The notes: generated by a model from the letters alone, not told the origin. 64,000 nt of DNA from an uncultured Chloroflexia bacterium (GCA_963712745.1 CAVQJC010000011.1:192001-256000), one strand, 5' to 3'. Positions 42,276-54,943 are shown, counted from the stretch's first letter. Numbers and translations are program-made.

Positions 42276-42930
42276 ATGCGGGGAGACGTCATCCTGGTCG
42301 GTGAGGAACACCGTCGCGCCGCAGGTCTCATCGTCGACCACCTCATCGACGCCGTCAGGCTCATGGACCGCCGGTTCACCATGACTGTGGCCGGCGAGTC
42401 GGGCAGCGGCAAGTCAGAGACCGGACAGGCGCTCGCCGAGGCCTTCGAGGAGCGCGACGTCCACGCGGTGGTGCTCCAGCAGGACGACTACTACGTGCTC
42501 CCGCCCAAGTCGAACGACGCGGCGCGGCGGGCCAACTTCTGCTGGGTGGGGACGACCGAGGTCCGTCTCGACCTCCTCGACGCGCATCTCGAGGCGGCGC
42601 GATCGGGCGCTGCCCAGATCGTGAAGCCGCTCTCGATCTATGACCAAGACCGTATCGACGAGGAGACGGTCTCGTTCGAGGGCGCGAGTGTCGTGATCGC
42701 GGAGGGCGTCTACACGTCGTTGTGCGAGCACGTCGATCGCCGGGTGTTCATCGACCGGAACCGCCTCGAGACGCTCGAGCACCGGATGAGGCGCGCCCGC
42801 GAGGACTTCGACCCCTTCATCGAGAAGGTCCTCACCGAGGAACACGAGATCATCGCGCAGCATCGTGCCCGGGCGGACGTCATCATCACCCGCGATTACG
42901 ACGTCGAGTTCGTGACCGGGTCGATCCTGA
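42276..42930 (+). CDS. Uridine-kinase/PRK-like P-loop kinase; 3' boundary unresolved
   Basis: Walker A AGESGSGKS, QDDYY, IAEG, RADVII; the frame stays open to 43382 but looks non-coding after about 42935. Confidence 0.8.
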
Positions 42931-42931
42931 C

Positions 42932-45010
42932 CGGCACTCCGGCCTGGAGGCCTACGCCGGGGGGCACACGTCCTTTGCCGTCGGTCTTCGGCCCCAGGAT
43001 GCCCTGGCGATGCCATTGCGGGACGCGCTCGAGGCCCTGTCTCGACGGTTCGGTGCTGCGGTCGCCGTGGCCCTGTCCGACGACGCCGTCGATCTCTCCC
43101 GCCCGCTTGCCGACCTCCCCGATGTGGTTCGCTCGCCCCGCGCCAACGAGCCGGACTCGACGTGGCTCCGGCGCACGAACATGGTCGGGGTCAACGTGCG
43201 CACGGTCCGCGACTACGGGGGCGTCATCAAGTACGCCCTCACCCTTCCAGCGGCGGTCGATTCGGTCCAGCTGCTGCCGGTGTGGGAGCCGGGCGTGGTC
43301 AAGAGCCTCTACGGCATCGCCAGCTGGAACCTCAGCCGCGAGTTCTTCTCGGAGGAGCTGTACCGGTACTCGCCCAACCTAGACACCATCGAGAAGCAGC
43401 TGCGAGCGATCTCCAACCTCCTGCATCTGTCGGGCAGGACCGTGGGCATGGACGTCATCCCCCACACCGACCGCTTCTCCGAGCCGGCCCTGGGTACGCC
43501 CGACCTGTTCGAGTGGATGCGGGTGCTGGATCGCCGCATCGTGGACCATTCCGATGGAGTCGTCCGCGACGCCGAGGAGGCGATCCACGGGTGGCTCACC
43601 GAACGGGGGACCGCCGACGGGCGTTGGGTCCCGGGCGATCGGCAGGCGCTCTTCGCCCTCGACGAGGCCGACCGCCTGGCCATGCTCTTCGGGCACCCCG
43701 ACGACCTGCACGGCCGCATCGACCGCCGGGTCGATCTCATCCAGCAGCTGAAGCGGTCCGGCCTCGAACCGGTGCCGGCGACGATGGGGGTGCCATTCCG
43801 CGGCATCGAGGTGGACCCGGACCCGAGCCATGTCGTGGTCGATGACTACGGTATGGAATGGCCGGACCTGGTGGTCTCGAAGCCGCGGTTCATGTCGCGA
43901 GTGTTCTCGCCGCTCGCCCGCTACAAGCTCTACGAGTCACTCGACGACAACGCGAAGTGGGAGATCGACTTCACGCGGCCGCGGCCGGCGGTGTGGGACT
44001 ACCTTTGCCGCCACTACGGCGCCACCCAGCACATCGGCAACTTCGACTTCATGCGCGGCGACATGTCCCATGTCCAGATGCGTCCCGATGGCGTCCCGGA
44101 CGTGGTGGACGAGTACTACGACATCCATGCCGCCGTGAAGACGCACATCCAGCGGACGGCGCCGGCACCGTGGTTCGCGTACTTCGCCGAGTCCTTCCTT
44201 CCAGCCCGGGACATCTTCGGGTACGGGGAGGAGCTGGACCACCTGGAGGCGTCACTGGCCGATGCCACCCTCGGCGACCTCCAGTCGACCGTGGTCGGGG
44301 ACCCGTCGTATCTGAGCCGGTTCCGCCGCTATCTCGACGACCTCGCGACCCGTCGCACCGCACCGACGTACACGCTGATGACGGCCGACAAGGACGATCC
44401 CAGGTTCGACGAGTTCTATCGTGGCGGGAACGAGGTTCGGATGCTCACCGCGCTGTTGCTGCCGGACATGCCCAGCTACGTGGGCCTCGGCTTCGAGATC
44501 CGCGACGTGCATACCGAGCCGGTGGAGAACGAGCGATACACGAAGCTTTTCGTGTTCCACGAGGAGGGGGACTCGAACGTCTACCCGTCCAAGGCTCGCT
44601 TCGGTGACGAGTACATCTGGGGCGAGAACGAGGGACTGTTCGAGCGTCTCACCCAGGTCCGGCTTTTCGCCGAGTCGGTACTCCCGGACATCGCTGGGAC
44701 CACGACCAGGTGGCTCATCCCGCCGGACGCGTCCACGCTCCGCGGCATCGCCGCCTGGACCCAGGAAGAGCCGCCCATCTCCCCGACCGCGACCAGCTAC
44801 GTGTGCGTGGTCAACTACGACCTGGCCCGCGATTCGGGGTACTTCGGTCTCCCGGCACTCCAGCCCGACATCGTGCTCACGCCTGTCTTCAGCACGCTCG
44901 GGCGCGAGCACCTCGACCTGACGACGGTATCCCACAACGGCTTCTTCCACCGCATCGAGAACGTGGCCGCAGGAGAGGGACGGGTCTACTCCATCCACCA
45001 CCGGGGGTAG
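42932..45010 (+). CDS. Divergent GH13 (alpha-amylase clan)-like protein; start unresolved
   Basis: QLLPVWE, MDVIPHT (region I), FMRGDMSH (region II), FAESF (region III), MTADKDD (region IV-like). Confidence 0.7.
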   Translation, partial: RHSGLEAYAGGHTSFAVGLRPQDALAMPLRDALEALSRRFGAAVAVALSDDAVDLSRPLADLPDVVRSPRANEPDSTWLRRTNMVGVNVRTVRDYGGVIKYALTLPAAVDSVQLLPVWEPGVVKSLYGIASWNLSREFFSEELYRYSPNLDTIEKQLRAISNLLHLSGRTVGMDVIPHTDRFSEPALGTPDLFEWMRVLDRRIVDHSDGVVRDAEEAIHGWLTERGTADGRWVPGDRQALFALDEADRLAMLFGHPDDLHGRIDRRVDLIQQLKRSGLEPVPATMGVPFRGIEVDPDPSHVVVDDYGMEWPDLVVSKPRFMSRVFSPLARYKLYESLDDNAKWEIDFTRPRPAVWDYLCRHYGATQHIGNFDFMRGDMSHVQMRPDGVPDVVDEYYDIHAAVKTHIQRTAPAPWFAYFAESFLPARDIFGYGEELDHLEASLADATLGDLQSTVVGDPSYLSRFRRYLDDLATRRTAPTYTLMTADKDDPRFDEFYRGGNEVRMLTALLLPDMPSYVGLGFEIRDVHTEPVENERYTKLFVFHEEGDSNVYPSKARFGDEYIWGENEGLFERLTQVRLFAESVLPDIAGTTTRWLIPPDASTLRGIAAWTQEEPPISPTATSYVCVVNYDLARDSGYFGLPALQPDIVLTPVFSTLGREHLDLTTVSHNGFFHRIENVAAGEGRVYSIHHRG

Positions 45011-45240
45011 GCTATCGAGCTCGGTCGCGCGGTCCCACCCGGGCCGAGATGCCCCGCCAGCCCTCCGTGCAGGCGAGTGGACGGGCGAGACCGTGCCGCT
45101 ACCGACCTACTACCTGGATGGTCCGAATCAACAGGTCGGCGTATCATCCGCTCCGCCGGCCTGGGGGGATGCCTCCGCCGCCGGCGAACCCGGAAACGCC
45201 ACCGCACCGCTGGTGGCATAGGAGGAGGACGAAACAACCG

Positions 45241-46479
45241 ATGTCCAACCGATATAAGGCCCTGGCGCTCGTCGGGTCGCTGGCGATGGTCGCCGCTACC
45301 GCCGTCCCTGCCGCCGCGCAGACCGATATCACGCTGTGGACGAACGAGGAAGCGGGCCCGCTGGAGTTCGTCAAGGGCCTCACCGCCGCCTACGAGGAGG
45401 CCAACCCGGACGTCAGCATCACCACCATCTTCCACGCGTCCGAGGACATGGTCAACGACGTCCTCACGGCATCGCTCGGCGGCCAGTCGCCCGACCTGCT
45501 GTGGACCGCGGCCGATCACGTGGGACCGTTGGCAGCGGCGGGTCAGATCGCGCCCCTGGATGACCTGGTCGACACCAGCGCCTATGTGCCGGCCGCGGTC
45601 GAAGTCACGACCGTCGACGGGCAGGTCTGGGGTGTGCCCAACAGCTTCGGCAACGCGCTCGTGCTCTATTACAACAAGGACGTCATCCCCGAGGCTCCCG
45701 CCAACACCGACGAGCTCATCGAGCTGGCCAAGGCCAACACTGATGTGGACGCCGGCAAGTACGGACTGGTGTACGACCAGACCCAGTCCTTCTGGCTGAC
45801 CCCCTGGCTGGGCGGGTTCGGTGCCTCGGTCTTCGACGAGGAAGGTAATCCCTCGCTCGGCAGCGATGCCATGGTCGAGGCGCTGACCTTCCTGCAGGAC
45901 CTCAAGTGGACCCACGGCGTCATGCCGCTGGACACGAACATCGAGACCGCGAACGCTCTCTGGCTGAGCGGCGACGCGGCCATGACCATCAACGGCGACT
46001 GGAGCCTGGGCCAGTTCTCCGACGCGCTCGGCGACTCCCTCGGCATCGCCCCGATCCCGGAGGTCGTGGGTGGCGATTGGCCCGCACCGTGGCTGTCCGG
46101 CAAGTACCTGATGGTGCCGAGCGCGACCGCCGAGGACGAGGCCAAGGCTGCCGTCGTCGCCGACATCATCGATTTCCTCAACAACAAGGACAACCAGATC
46201 GCGATGGTGGAGGCGCTCGCTCGCATCCCCGGCAATGCCGAGGCCATCGACGATCCGGTGGTGACCGAGGACCCGGCCATCTCCGGCTTCGCCGCTGCTG
46301 CCAGCAACGGCACGCAGCAGCCGATTAACCTTGAGATGAACTGCGCCTGGGATGCCATGACGAACGGTCTCGTCACGCTCTACTCCAGCGCAGACGCGTC
46401 GCCGGCCGACGTGGCTGCCGGCATGCAGTCGGCGCTGGAGGGCGCGGTGGCCCCAGGCGGCGCCTGCGGACCCGCCTAG
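45241..46479 (+). CDS. Maltose/maltodextrin ABC substrate-binding protein (MalE-like)
   Basis: Signal peptide, PDLLWTAADHVG, LYYNKD, AMTINGDW; AGGAGGAGG RBS. Confidence 0.88.
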   Translation: MSNRYKALALVGSLAMVAATAVPAAAQTDITLWTNEEAGPLEFVKGLTAAYEEANPDVSITTIFHASEDMVNDVLTASLGGQSPDLLWTAADHVGPLAAAGQIAPLDDLVDTSAYVPAAVEVTTVDGQVWGVPNSFGNALVLYYNKDVIPEAPANTDELIELAKANTDVDAGKYGLVYDQTQSFWLTPWLGGFGASVFDEEGNPSLGSDAMVEALTFLQDLKWTHGVMPLDTNIETANALWLSGDAAMTINGDWSLGQFSDALGDSLGIAPIPEVVGGDWPAPWLSGKYLMVPSATAEDEAKAAVVADIIDFLNNKDNQIAMVEALARIPGNAEAIDDPVVTEDPAISGFAAAASNGTQQPINLEMNCAWDAMTNGLVTLYSSADASPADVAAGMQSALEGAVAPGGACGPA

Positions 46480-46494
46480 CCGACCTCACGTACG

Positions 46495-46531
46495 GAACGA
46501 GGCCCCGACCCCCGAGGTCGGGGCCTCGTTC
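46495..46531 (+). terminator. Stem-loop between malE-like and malF-like genes
   Basis: Perfect 16-bp stem GAACGAGGCCCCGACC / GGTCGGGGCCTCGTTC. Confidence 0.65.
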
Positions 46532-46579
46532 ATAATCGCGAAAGATCCCGTCGGGAGCTAGGAGGAGTCCCCGGGAACC

Positions 46580-47851
46580 ATGTTCGACTTCGAGCAGGCC
46601 TGGATCGCGTTCAGCGATGTCGCGTCCTCGCTGGTCATCATCGTCCTGGCCATCGTGGCCATGGAGGCGCTGCTTTACCTGGGCCTGATGGCCAGGAAGG
46701 GCGAGCGCGGGACGGTCGTGGCGGCGATCGCCGCGCCGCTGGCCGCCGTCGGCGCGTACCTGCTCCTGAGCGTCGAGTCACTGTCGCTCGACGGTCTGAC
46801 TTCGCTCTCAGGGGATACCTGGATCTCGCTCGCGGTCATCGCGGGCGTCATCCTCGCGCTCGAGGGTGCCATCTACTTCTTCTGGACGCGACGGCGCACC
46901 GTCAGCGGTCGCCTGGCGTTGCCGGCGATGCTGCTGGCCCCGGCGGTCGCCGGCATCGGGCTGCTGTACGTCTACCCGCTGCTGTACGAGCTCAATCTCT
47001 CGTTCACGAAGATGAACGTGCGCAACTTCATCGACCCCGGGTTGCTGGGGCTGACCTGGGAGGGCACGATCCTGGAGCCCTTCGGGGCAGAGCGCGACAT
47101 CTTCGTCGGCCTGGACAACTACGTCAACGTCTTCACCAAGCCCATCCTGCAGCAGACCGGGTTCTGGCAGCTGTTCCTGCAGACCATCGTGTGGACGGTC
47201 GTCTGCATCTTCTTCCATGTCACGCTGGGCATCGCCCTGGCCTTGATGCTCAATCGCCAGCTGCGCGGCCGTACGCTCTACCGCGCGATCCTCATCCTGC
47301 CGTGGGCCATCCCTGTCTTCATCTCGCTGCAGATCTGGCGCACCGAGTTCAACTTCCAGTTCGGCGCCGTCAACCAGATCCTGGGCATCGTCGGCATCGA
47401 GCCCATCCCCTGGATGATCGATCCGTTCTGGAACTTCACGGCCATGATCATCGCCAACGTGTGGCTGGGCGTGCCCTTCATGATGGTCATCACCCTCGGC
47501 GGGCTGCAGGCCATCTCAAGCGACTACTACGAGGCCGCGGAGATCGACGGCGCCAGCGGCCGCCAGCAGCTCTTCCGGATCACGCTGCCGCTGCTGCGAC
47601 CGGTGCTGGTGCCGGCTGTCCTGCTGGGCGTGTTCCTGACCTTCAACAACATCATGGTCCCGTTCTTCATCAACCAGAACAAGCTGGAGAGCAGCGACAT
47701 CCTGGTGACGGCGCTCTATCGCGCGGCCTTCGAGTTCAACCGCTTCGGGTTCTCCGCTGCCTTCGCGTTCGTCATCTTCGGGCTCCTGCTGGCCTTCACC
47801 ATCTGGTACGTGCGCCAGACCAACGTGCTCAAGGGAACGTACGAATCATGA
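46580..47851 (+). CDS. Maltodextrin ABC permease (MalF-like) with extra N-terminal TM helices
   Basis: FVGLDNY, ILILPWAIP, WLGVPFMM, YEAAEIDGA. Confidence 0.92.
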   Translation: MFDFEQAWIAFSDVASSLVIIVLAIVAMEALLYLGLMARKGERGTVVAAIAAPLAAVGAYLLLSVESLSLDGLTSLSGDTWISLAVIAGVILALEGAIYFFWTRRRTVSGRLALPAMLLAPAVAGIGLLYVYPLLYELNLSFTKMNVRNFIDPGLLGLTWEGTILEPFGAERDIFVGLDNYVNVFTKPILQQTGFWQLFLQTIVWTVVCIFFHVTLGIALALMLNRQLRGRTLYRAILILPWAIPVFISLQIWRTEFNFQFGAVNQILGIVGIEPIPWMIDPFWNFTAMIIANVWLGVPFMMVITLGGLQAISSDYYEAAEIDGASGRQQLFRITLPLLRPVLVPAVLLGVFLTFNNIMVPFFINQNKLESSDILVTALYRAAFEFNRFGFSAAFAFVIFGLLLAFTIWYVRQTNVLKGTYES

Positions 47852-47864
47852 GCGAGGCGACGGC

Positions 47865-48788
47865 ATGAGCATCCAGACACGAGGCATGGCCGAGGCCAGT
47901 GCAGAGCGCGGGGAGCGTGGCCTGCGTGAGCGCCTGACGCAGCCACCGCGACGCGGCGAGGACTCACCCTTGAAGCGGGCCCTCATCCACCTCGCGCTCA
48001 TCAGCGCGGCGATCATCGTGCTGTACCCGGTGCTGCGCGTGTTCAGCACGTCCCTGCGCCCCGACCAGACGGTGACTGACAAGTCGCTGGCCATCATCCC
48101 TGAGGACGCCACGCTCGACGCCTACTACCGAGTCCTGTTCGAGGACAACTTTCTCAACTGGGTCTTCAACAGCCTGATGGTGACCTTCGGCGTGGCCACG
48201 CTGGGTCTGATCATCGCAGCCGTCTCCGCCTATGGCTTCAGTCGCTACAGGTTCCGCGCGCGCAACGGCGGGCTGACCTTCCTGTTCGCCACCCAGCTCA
48301 TTCCCGGCGTCATGCTGCTGGTCCCGATCTTCATCATCTATGTGCAGGCCGGCCTGGTGAACACGTACCCGGGCCTGATGCTGGCCTATGCGGTCACGGC
48401 CATTCCCTTCTCGATCTGGATCCTGAAGGGCTACTACGACACCATCCCCTTCGATCTCGAGGAAGCCGCCAAGATCGACGGCTGTACCGAGTTCCAGGCC
48501 TTCTACCGGGTGCTCTTGCCCCTATCCCTGCCGGCCCTGGCCATCGTCTACCTGCTCAACTTCCTGGCTGCGTGGGGCGAATACTTCTTCGCTCGCATCC
48601 TCGTCGGTGGCAACGAGGCGCTGCTGACCTGGCCGCTGGGCCTCGCTCGCTACCAATCGCAGTTCACGACGCAGTGGGCGGACCTGTCGGCGGCGTCGAT
48701 CATGGTCAGCATCCCCATCGTCATCCTCTTCGTGTACATCTCCAAGTACCTCGTGTCCGGCCTCACCCTCGGTGGCGTCAAGGGCTAG
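47865..48788 (+). CDS. Maltodextrin ABC permease (MalG-like)
   Basis: AYGFSRYRF, LKGYYDTIP, LEEAAKIDG, GLTLGGVKG. Confidence 0.92.
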   Translation: MSIQTRGMAEASAERGERGLRERLTQPPRRGEDSPLKRALIHLALISAAIIVLYPVLRVFSTSLRPDQTVTDKSLAIIPEDATLDAYYRVLFEDNFLNWVFNSLMVTFGVATLGLIIAAVSAYGFSRYRFRARNGGLTFLFATQLIPGVMLLVPIFIIYVQAGLVNTYPGLMLAYAVTAIPFSIWILKGYYDTIPFDLEEAAKIDGCTEFQAFYRVLLPLSLPALAIVYLLNFLAAWGEYFFARILVGGNEALLTWPLGLARYQSQFTTQWADLSAASIMVSIPIVILFVYISKYLVSGLTLGGVKG

Positions 48789-48833
48789 GCTGAACAGGCT
48801 GAACAGGCCGGGTTGGGGAAGCTGGCCGGCGCT

Positions 48834-50607
48834 CTACGTGATGGATGCCTGGTGGGCAGCCCAGACCTCGTCGCGGTGGACCGAAGCGCGGGAGCGGATG
48901 TAGGGCACGTACGACGGCCACCACATGGCCTCGTCCAGCACGGCCTCGAGGTCTTGCCCCGGTGCCATGCGCGCCACGCCCGACTCGACCGCCTCCCTGG
49001 CCACCGCCAGGCCCACCTCGCGCGAGATGTCGCTCAGCGAATCGACCGGCGGGTAGAGCGCTCCGGTCGCCAGCCGCTCGTCCGTCACCTGACCAGCCAG
49101 GGCGTGGGCGGCCTTGAGGAACATCTCCTCGGTGATGCGCGAGGCTTCTGCCACCACGGCCCCCAGCCCGACACCCGGGAAGACGAAGACGTTGTTGGCC
49201 TGGCCCACCGGCCGGGGGCCGCCCTTCCACGAGACCGGCGAGAAGGGGCTGCCGGTAGCGATGAGTGCCCGCCCGTCGCTCCACGAGAGGATGTCGGTGG
49301 GCGTGGCTTCGACCCGGCTCGACGGGTTCGAAAGCGCGAAGATCGACCGGCTCGTCGACAGCCTCGGCCATGGCCTCCACCACGCACTGGTCGAACGAGC
49401 CCGGCTGACCGGTGGTCCCGATGAGCACGTCCGGCCTGATGGCCTTGATGAGCTCGCACAAGCGATCGTGGTCGTCGCCGTGCGACGTCAGTCCCAGGCT
49501 TGCCACGCGCTCGGAAGCGATGGCCACCTCCTGCTTGAACTCATCGAGATCGGTGCGTCCAGCGTGCACCAGCCCGCGCGAATCGAGCAGCGCGATGCGC
49601 GCGTCGATGTCCGCTTCCGACAGGCCCTCGTGGGAGAGCGCGCGCCGTAGCAGGCGGGCGATGCCGATACCGGCCGCACCCGCACCCGCGAGCACGAAGC
49701 GCAGCTCACCGACCGGGCGGCCCAGGCGGCGCGCGGCGGCATAGACCCCGGCTACCGCGACCGCGGCCGTCCCCTGCACGTCATCGTTGAAGCTGGGCAC
49801 GTGGTGACGGAAGCGGTCCAGGATGCGCAGAGCGTTGGGGCCCTTGAAGTCTTCCCACTGGATGATGCAGCCGGGCCAGACCTCCTCCACGCCTCGCACG
49901 AACGCGCTGATGAGCTCCCGGTAGGGCGCGCCACGCAGCCGGCGTGCGCGATAGCCCATGTACAGCGGATCGCGCAGCAGCGTCTTGTTGTCCGTACCCA
50001 CGTCAAGCGAGATGGGCAGCGTCAGCGAAGGATGAAGGCCGCCGCCTGCGGAGTAGAGCGCCAGCTTGCCGATGGGGATGCCCATGCCGCCGGCGCCCTG
50101 GTCGCCGAGGCCCAGGATGCGTTCGTTGTCGGTGACCACGATGAGGCGCACGTCGGCGTAGGGCGAGTTGCGCAGCACCGCTGGGACGCGGTCGATGTCG
50201 TCAGGCGTGATCCAGATGCCGCGCGTGCGCCGCAGGATGTGGCTGAACTGCTGGCAGGCCTGGCCCACGGTCGGCGTGTAGACCACCGGCATGAGCTCCT
50301 CGAGGTGGTCGGCCAGGAGCCGGTAGAAGAGTGTCGCGTTGCGGTCCTGCAGGGCAGCCAGGCCGATGTACTTCTCCAGCGCGTCATCCTTGCGCGCGAC
50401 GTGCTCCCACTCGAGCTGGACCTGCTCCTCGATGGTCTGGACCCGGTCGGGCAGCATGCCCCGCAGCCCGAACGCCTCGCGCTCGTCCTGGCGGAAGGCG
50501 AGATCCTTGGTGAAGAGCCGGGCGCCCAGCAGCTTGTAGCCGCGCAGGTCGATCTCGGCCGGGCGGCCCGCGACGATCGACGCGAATGGTTCCTCGAGTG
50601 GCTTCAT
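48834..50607 (-). CDS. NAD-dependent malic enzyme, frameshift near 49340
   Basis: VYTPTVG, RILGLGDQG, QWEDF, FNDDVQGT, GAGAAG, ATGSPF, GQANNVFVFPG. Confidence 0.92.
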
Positions 50608-50841
50608 CCGGACCTCCAGGGCAGGCGAACCGACGCTGCGTCCACGGTAGGGGAGTCGGCCGCACCCGGCTAGGGAACGGCGGTCCGTCCGAAGGCGGCC
50701 GTTCGGCCCATCCATCGTACGTTTCCCGGGCCGCGGTCTGGCCGCGGCCCGAGCCGGGCCTCGTGGTGCGCGACCCCGTGGTGGCCTGGGCCGGCGGCTG
50801 CTGATGCGCGACCGCAGGGGCTCGGCGCGTATGCTGAGAGG

Positions 50842-53049
<2,208 letters not shown>

Positions 53050-53212
53050 CCGTCCTACTGGACGCGGCTTCGGCGCGACGGGCGCTCGGCGAGACAGCTG
53101 ACGCAGGTGGGGTTGCATCGGCCGCTATCCTGTGGAGTGCCGCAGTCATGCGGTGTCTGCCCACGTGCCCGGTCAGGCCAAGTTCGACGTACTTGGCGAA
53201 GGGAGAACGACC

Positions 53213-53428
53213 GTGGCCCAGAACACACCCGTACAGTTGGGGCCTTCCCGCGTCCCGATGATGGACGCCTCCGTGCTTGACGACCGCACCCGGCCCCTGG
53301 GCAATGAGCCCACACCCATCTGGCTGCGGCACCGGCTACAGCGCAAACACATGGAAGAATCCACGACCCCACCGCGCCGGGCACGGGAGTGGATCCAGAG
53401 ACTGGCCGGCCGCGCTCCGCGCGACTGA
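53213..53428 (+). CDS. Small hypothetical protein (71 aa)
   Basis: GAAGGGAG RBS before GTG; no family recognised. Confidence 0.45.
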   Translation: MAQNTPVQLGPSRVPMMDASVLDDRTRPLGNEPTPIWLRHRLQRKHMEESTTPPRRAREWIQRLAGRAPRD

Positions 53429-53504
53429 GACCCACGCCGGCGACTCGGCCGGAGAGGTTTCTACTCCAGCATTCGCGTCGTCCGGGCCTTTGGTCGGACC
53501 TCGG

Positions 53505-54005
53505 TCAACGCTGAGCGGCCATCGACCGGGCGCGGTCGCGTAGCCGCCCCAGCAGTTCGATGAGGGTGGCTCGCTCCTCGGTCGTGAGCGTGTCGAACAC
53601 GAGATCGTCGAGCAGCTCGTCGAGGAGTGGCGCGAAGCGGCGGACTGCCGCGCGACCCTGATCGGTGAGGATGACGTGCTGGGCCCGCCGGTCTGTCGGA
53701 TCGGGAGTCCGTTGCACCAGGCCGTCGGCTTCGGCCCGGTCGACCAGTCTCGAGACCCGTGTCGCGGTCATCTGACACTGCTCGCCGATCTCGACGCCGC
53801 GGATGCCGCATTCGGCCGACTTCGCCAGCCGTACCAGCAGGTCGGCCGTGGCGGGGTCGAGCCCGGCCGGGGCCACGGCCAGTTCGTCGATGGCCGCCGC
53901 GACGGCACTCTGTGCCTCCAGCAACGCTCCTGTCGTGGCCAGTCGGTCGTCGGTGAGCAGGTCCATGTCGCGGCCCTGTGGCTCGATGTCGGTCGTCTCG
54001 ATCAC
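53505..54005 (-). CDS. MarR-family regulator
   Basis: VSRLVDRAEADGLVQR, DPTDRRA, LTDQG. Confidence 0.9.
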   Translation of the reverse strand: MIETTDIEPQGRDMDLLTDDRLATTGALLEAQSAVAAAIDELAVAPAGLDPATADLLVRLAKSAECGIRGVEIGEQCQMTATRVSRLVDRAEADGLVQRTPDPTDRRAQHVILTDQGRAAVRRFAPLLDELLDDLVFDTLTTEERATLIELLGRLRDRARSMAAQR

Positions 54006-54074
54006 ACTCTCTCCCTTCGGCCCGGATGGGACCCATGGGAATGGTGGGGCTTGACCGGTGCTCGTGTCAAACGT

Positions 54075-54112
54075 TATTGTTGCGTACGTAAAGATTACTG
54101 CCGCAACAAATA
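54075..54112. promoter_or_regulatory. Putative MarR operator/promoter
   Basis: AT-rich patch with TTGTTGCG...CGCAACAA inverted repeat and near-palindrome TTGCGTACGTAA. Confidence 0.55.
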
Positions 54113-54252
54113 TCAGGAGCAGATGCCCGCGACCATGGGTCTGCCCTTCGTAGTTTCCCCGACCCGGGTCGGTCTCCCCCCTGCCGGCCCGGGTCTTCTT
54201 GCGTCTTGGCCGCAGAATGTCTGAACACGGTCCGCACGAGGAGCGATCAGCC

Positions 54253-54642
54253 ATGGTCGAGACGAAAGAGCTGCGCGTCGCATTGACGGTCGAGGACTTC
54301 GAGGCCGCGGTGGAGTTCTACGGCCGGGTGCTTGGCCTGGCTCTGGCGGCTCACTGGACGCAGCCCGCTGGGAACGTCGGCGTCTTCTCCATCCCGAGGG
54401 CGAGCCTGGAGATCCTCGATGCCGAGGCCGCGGCCGGTGTCGACGACTTCGAGGTCGGTCGCCGCGTGTCGGGGCAGGTCCGTCTGGCCCTGGGGGTGGC
54501 CGATGCTGCGGACACGTACGCTGCTGCCGCTGGCGCCGGGGCCCGCCACATGGGCGAGGTGAAGGTCGCGCCCTGGGGTGACCGGGTCGGCCGCGTCGAG
54601 TCGCCCGAGGGCCTGCAACTGACGCTATTCTCGCAGGCCTGA
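54253..54642 (+). CDS. VOC/glyoxalase family protein
   Basis: DFEAAVEFYGRVLGL, APWGDR, SPEGLQLTLF. Confidence 0.88.
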   Translation: MVETKELRVALTVEDFEAAVEFYGRVLGLALAAHWTQPAGNVGVFSIPRASLEILDAEAAAGVDDFEVGRRVSGQVRLALGVADAADTYAAAAGAGARHMGEVKVAPWGDRVGRVESPEGLQLTLFSQA

Positions 54643-54694
54643 GCGCGGTCTCCCACATGGTGGTCGACGTCCCGACGATAGACTCGGAGCCACG

Positions 54695-54943
54695 ATGAGT
54701 GCCAACACGAACTCGACGCAGGTCAAGTACCGCAAGACCTCCCCGCCCGGCGCAGGACAGTACGAGGTCCTCTACAAGGAACGCGTCATCGGCAAGGTGG
54801 GGCGTTTTCGGCTCTCGGCCGGGCAGTTCGGCTCGCGCTGGGTGGCCACGACGCCCCGCCGCAAGCGGTCGGGCCAATACCTGACGCGCGACGCCGCGGC
54901 CGCCTGGCTGGTCGAGCAGGCTCGCGCGTCGTCGAGCAAGTAG
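54695..54943 (+). CDS. Small basic hypothetical protein (82 aa)
   Basis: GGAG RBS, GC3-rich codons, fills the intergenic gap. Confidence 0.6.
   Translation: MSANTNSTQVKYRKTSPPGAGQYEVLYKERVIGKVGRFRLSAGQFGSRWVATTPRRKRSGQYLTRDAAAAWLVEQARASSSK

Noticed and set aside
44710-45240. Extended 589-aa MalE-like ORF
   Set aside because: The upstream part overlaps the GH13-like gene; the signal peptide and strong RBS start at 45241.
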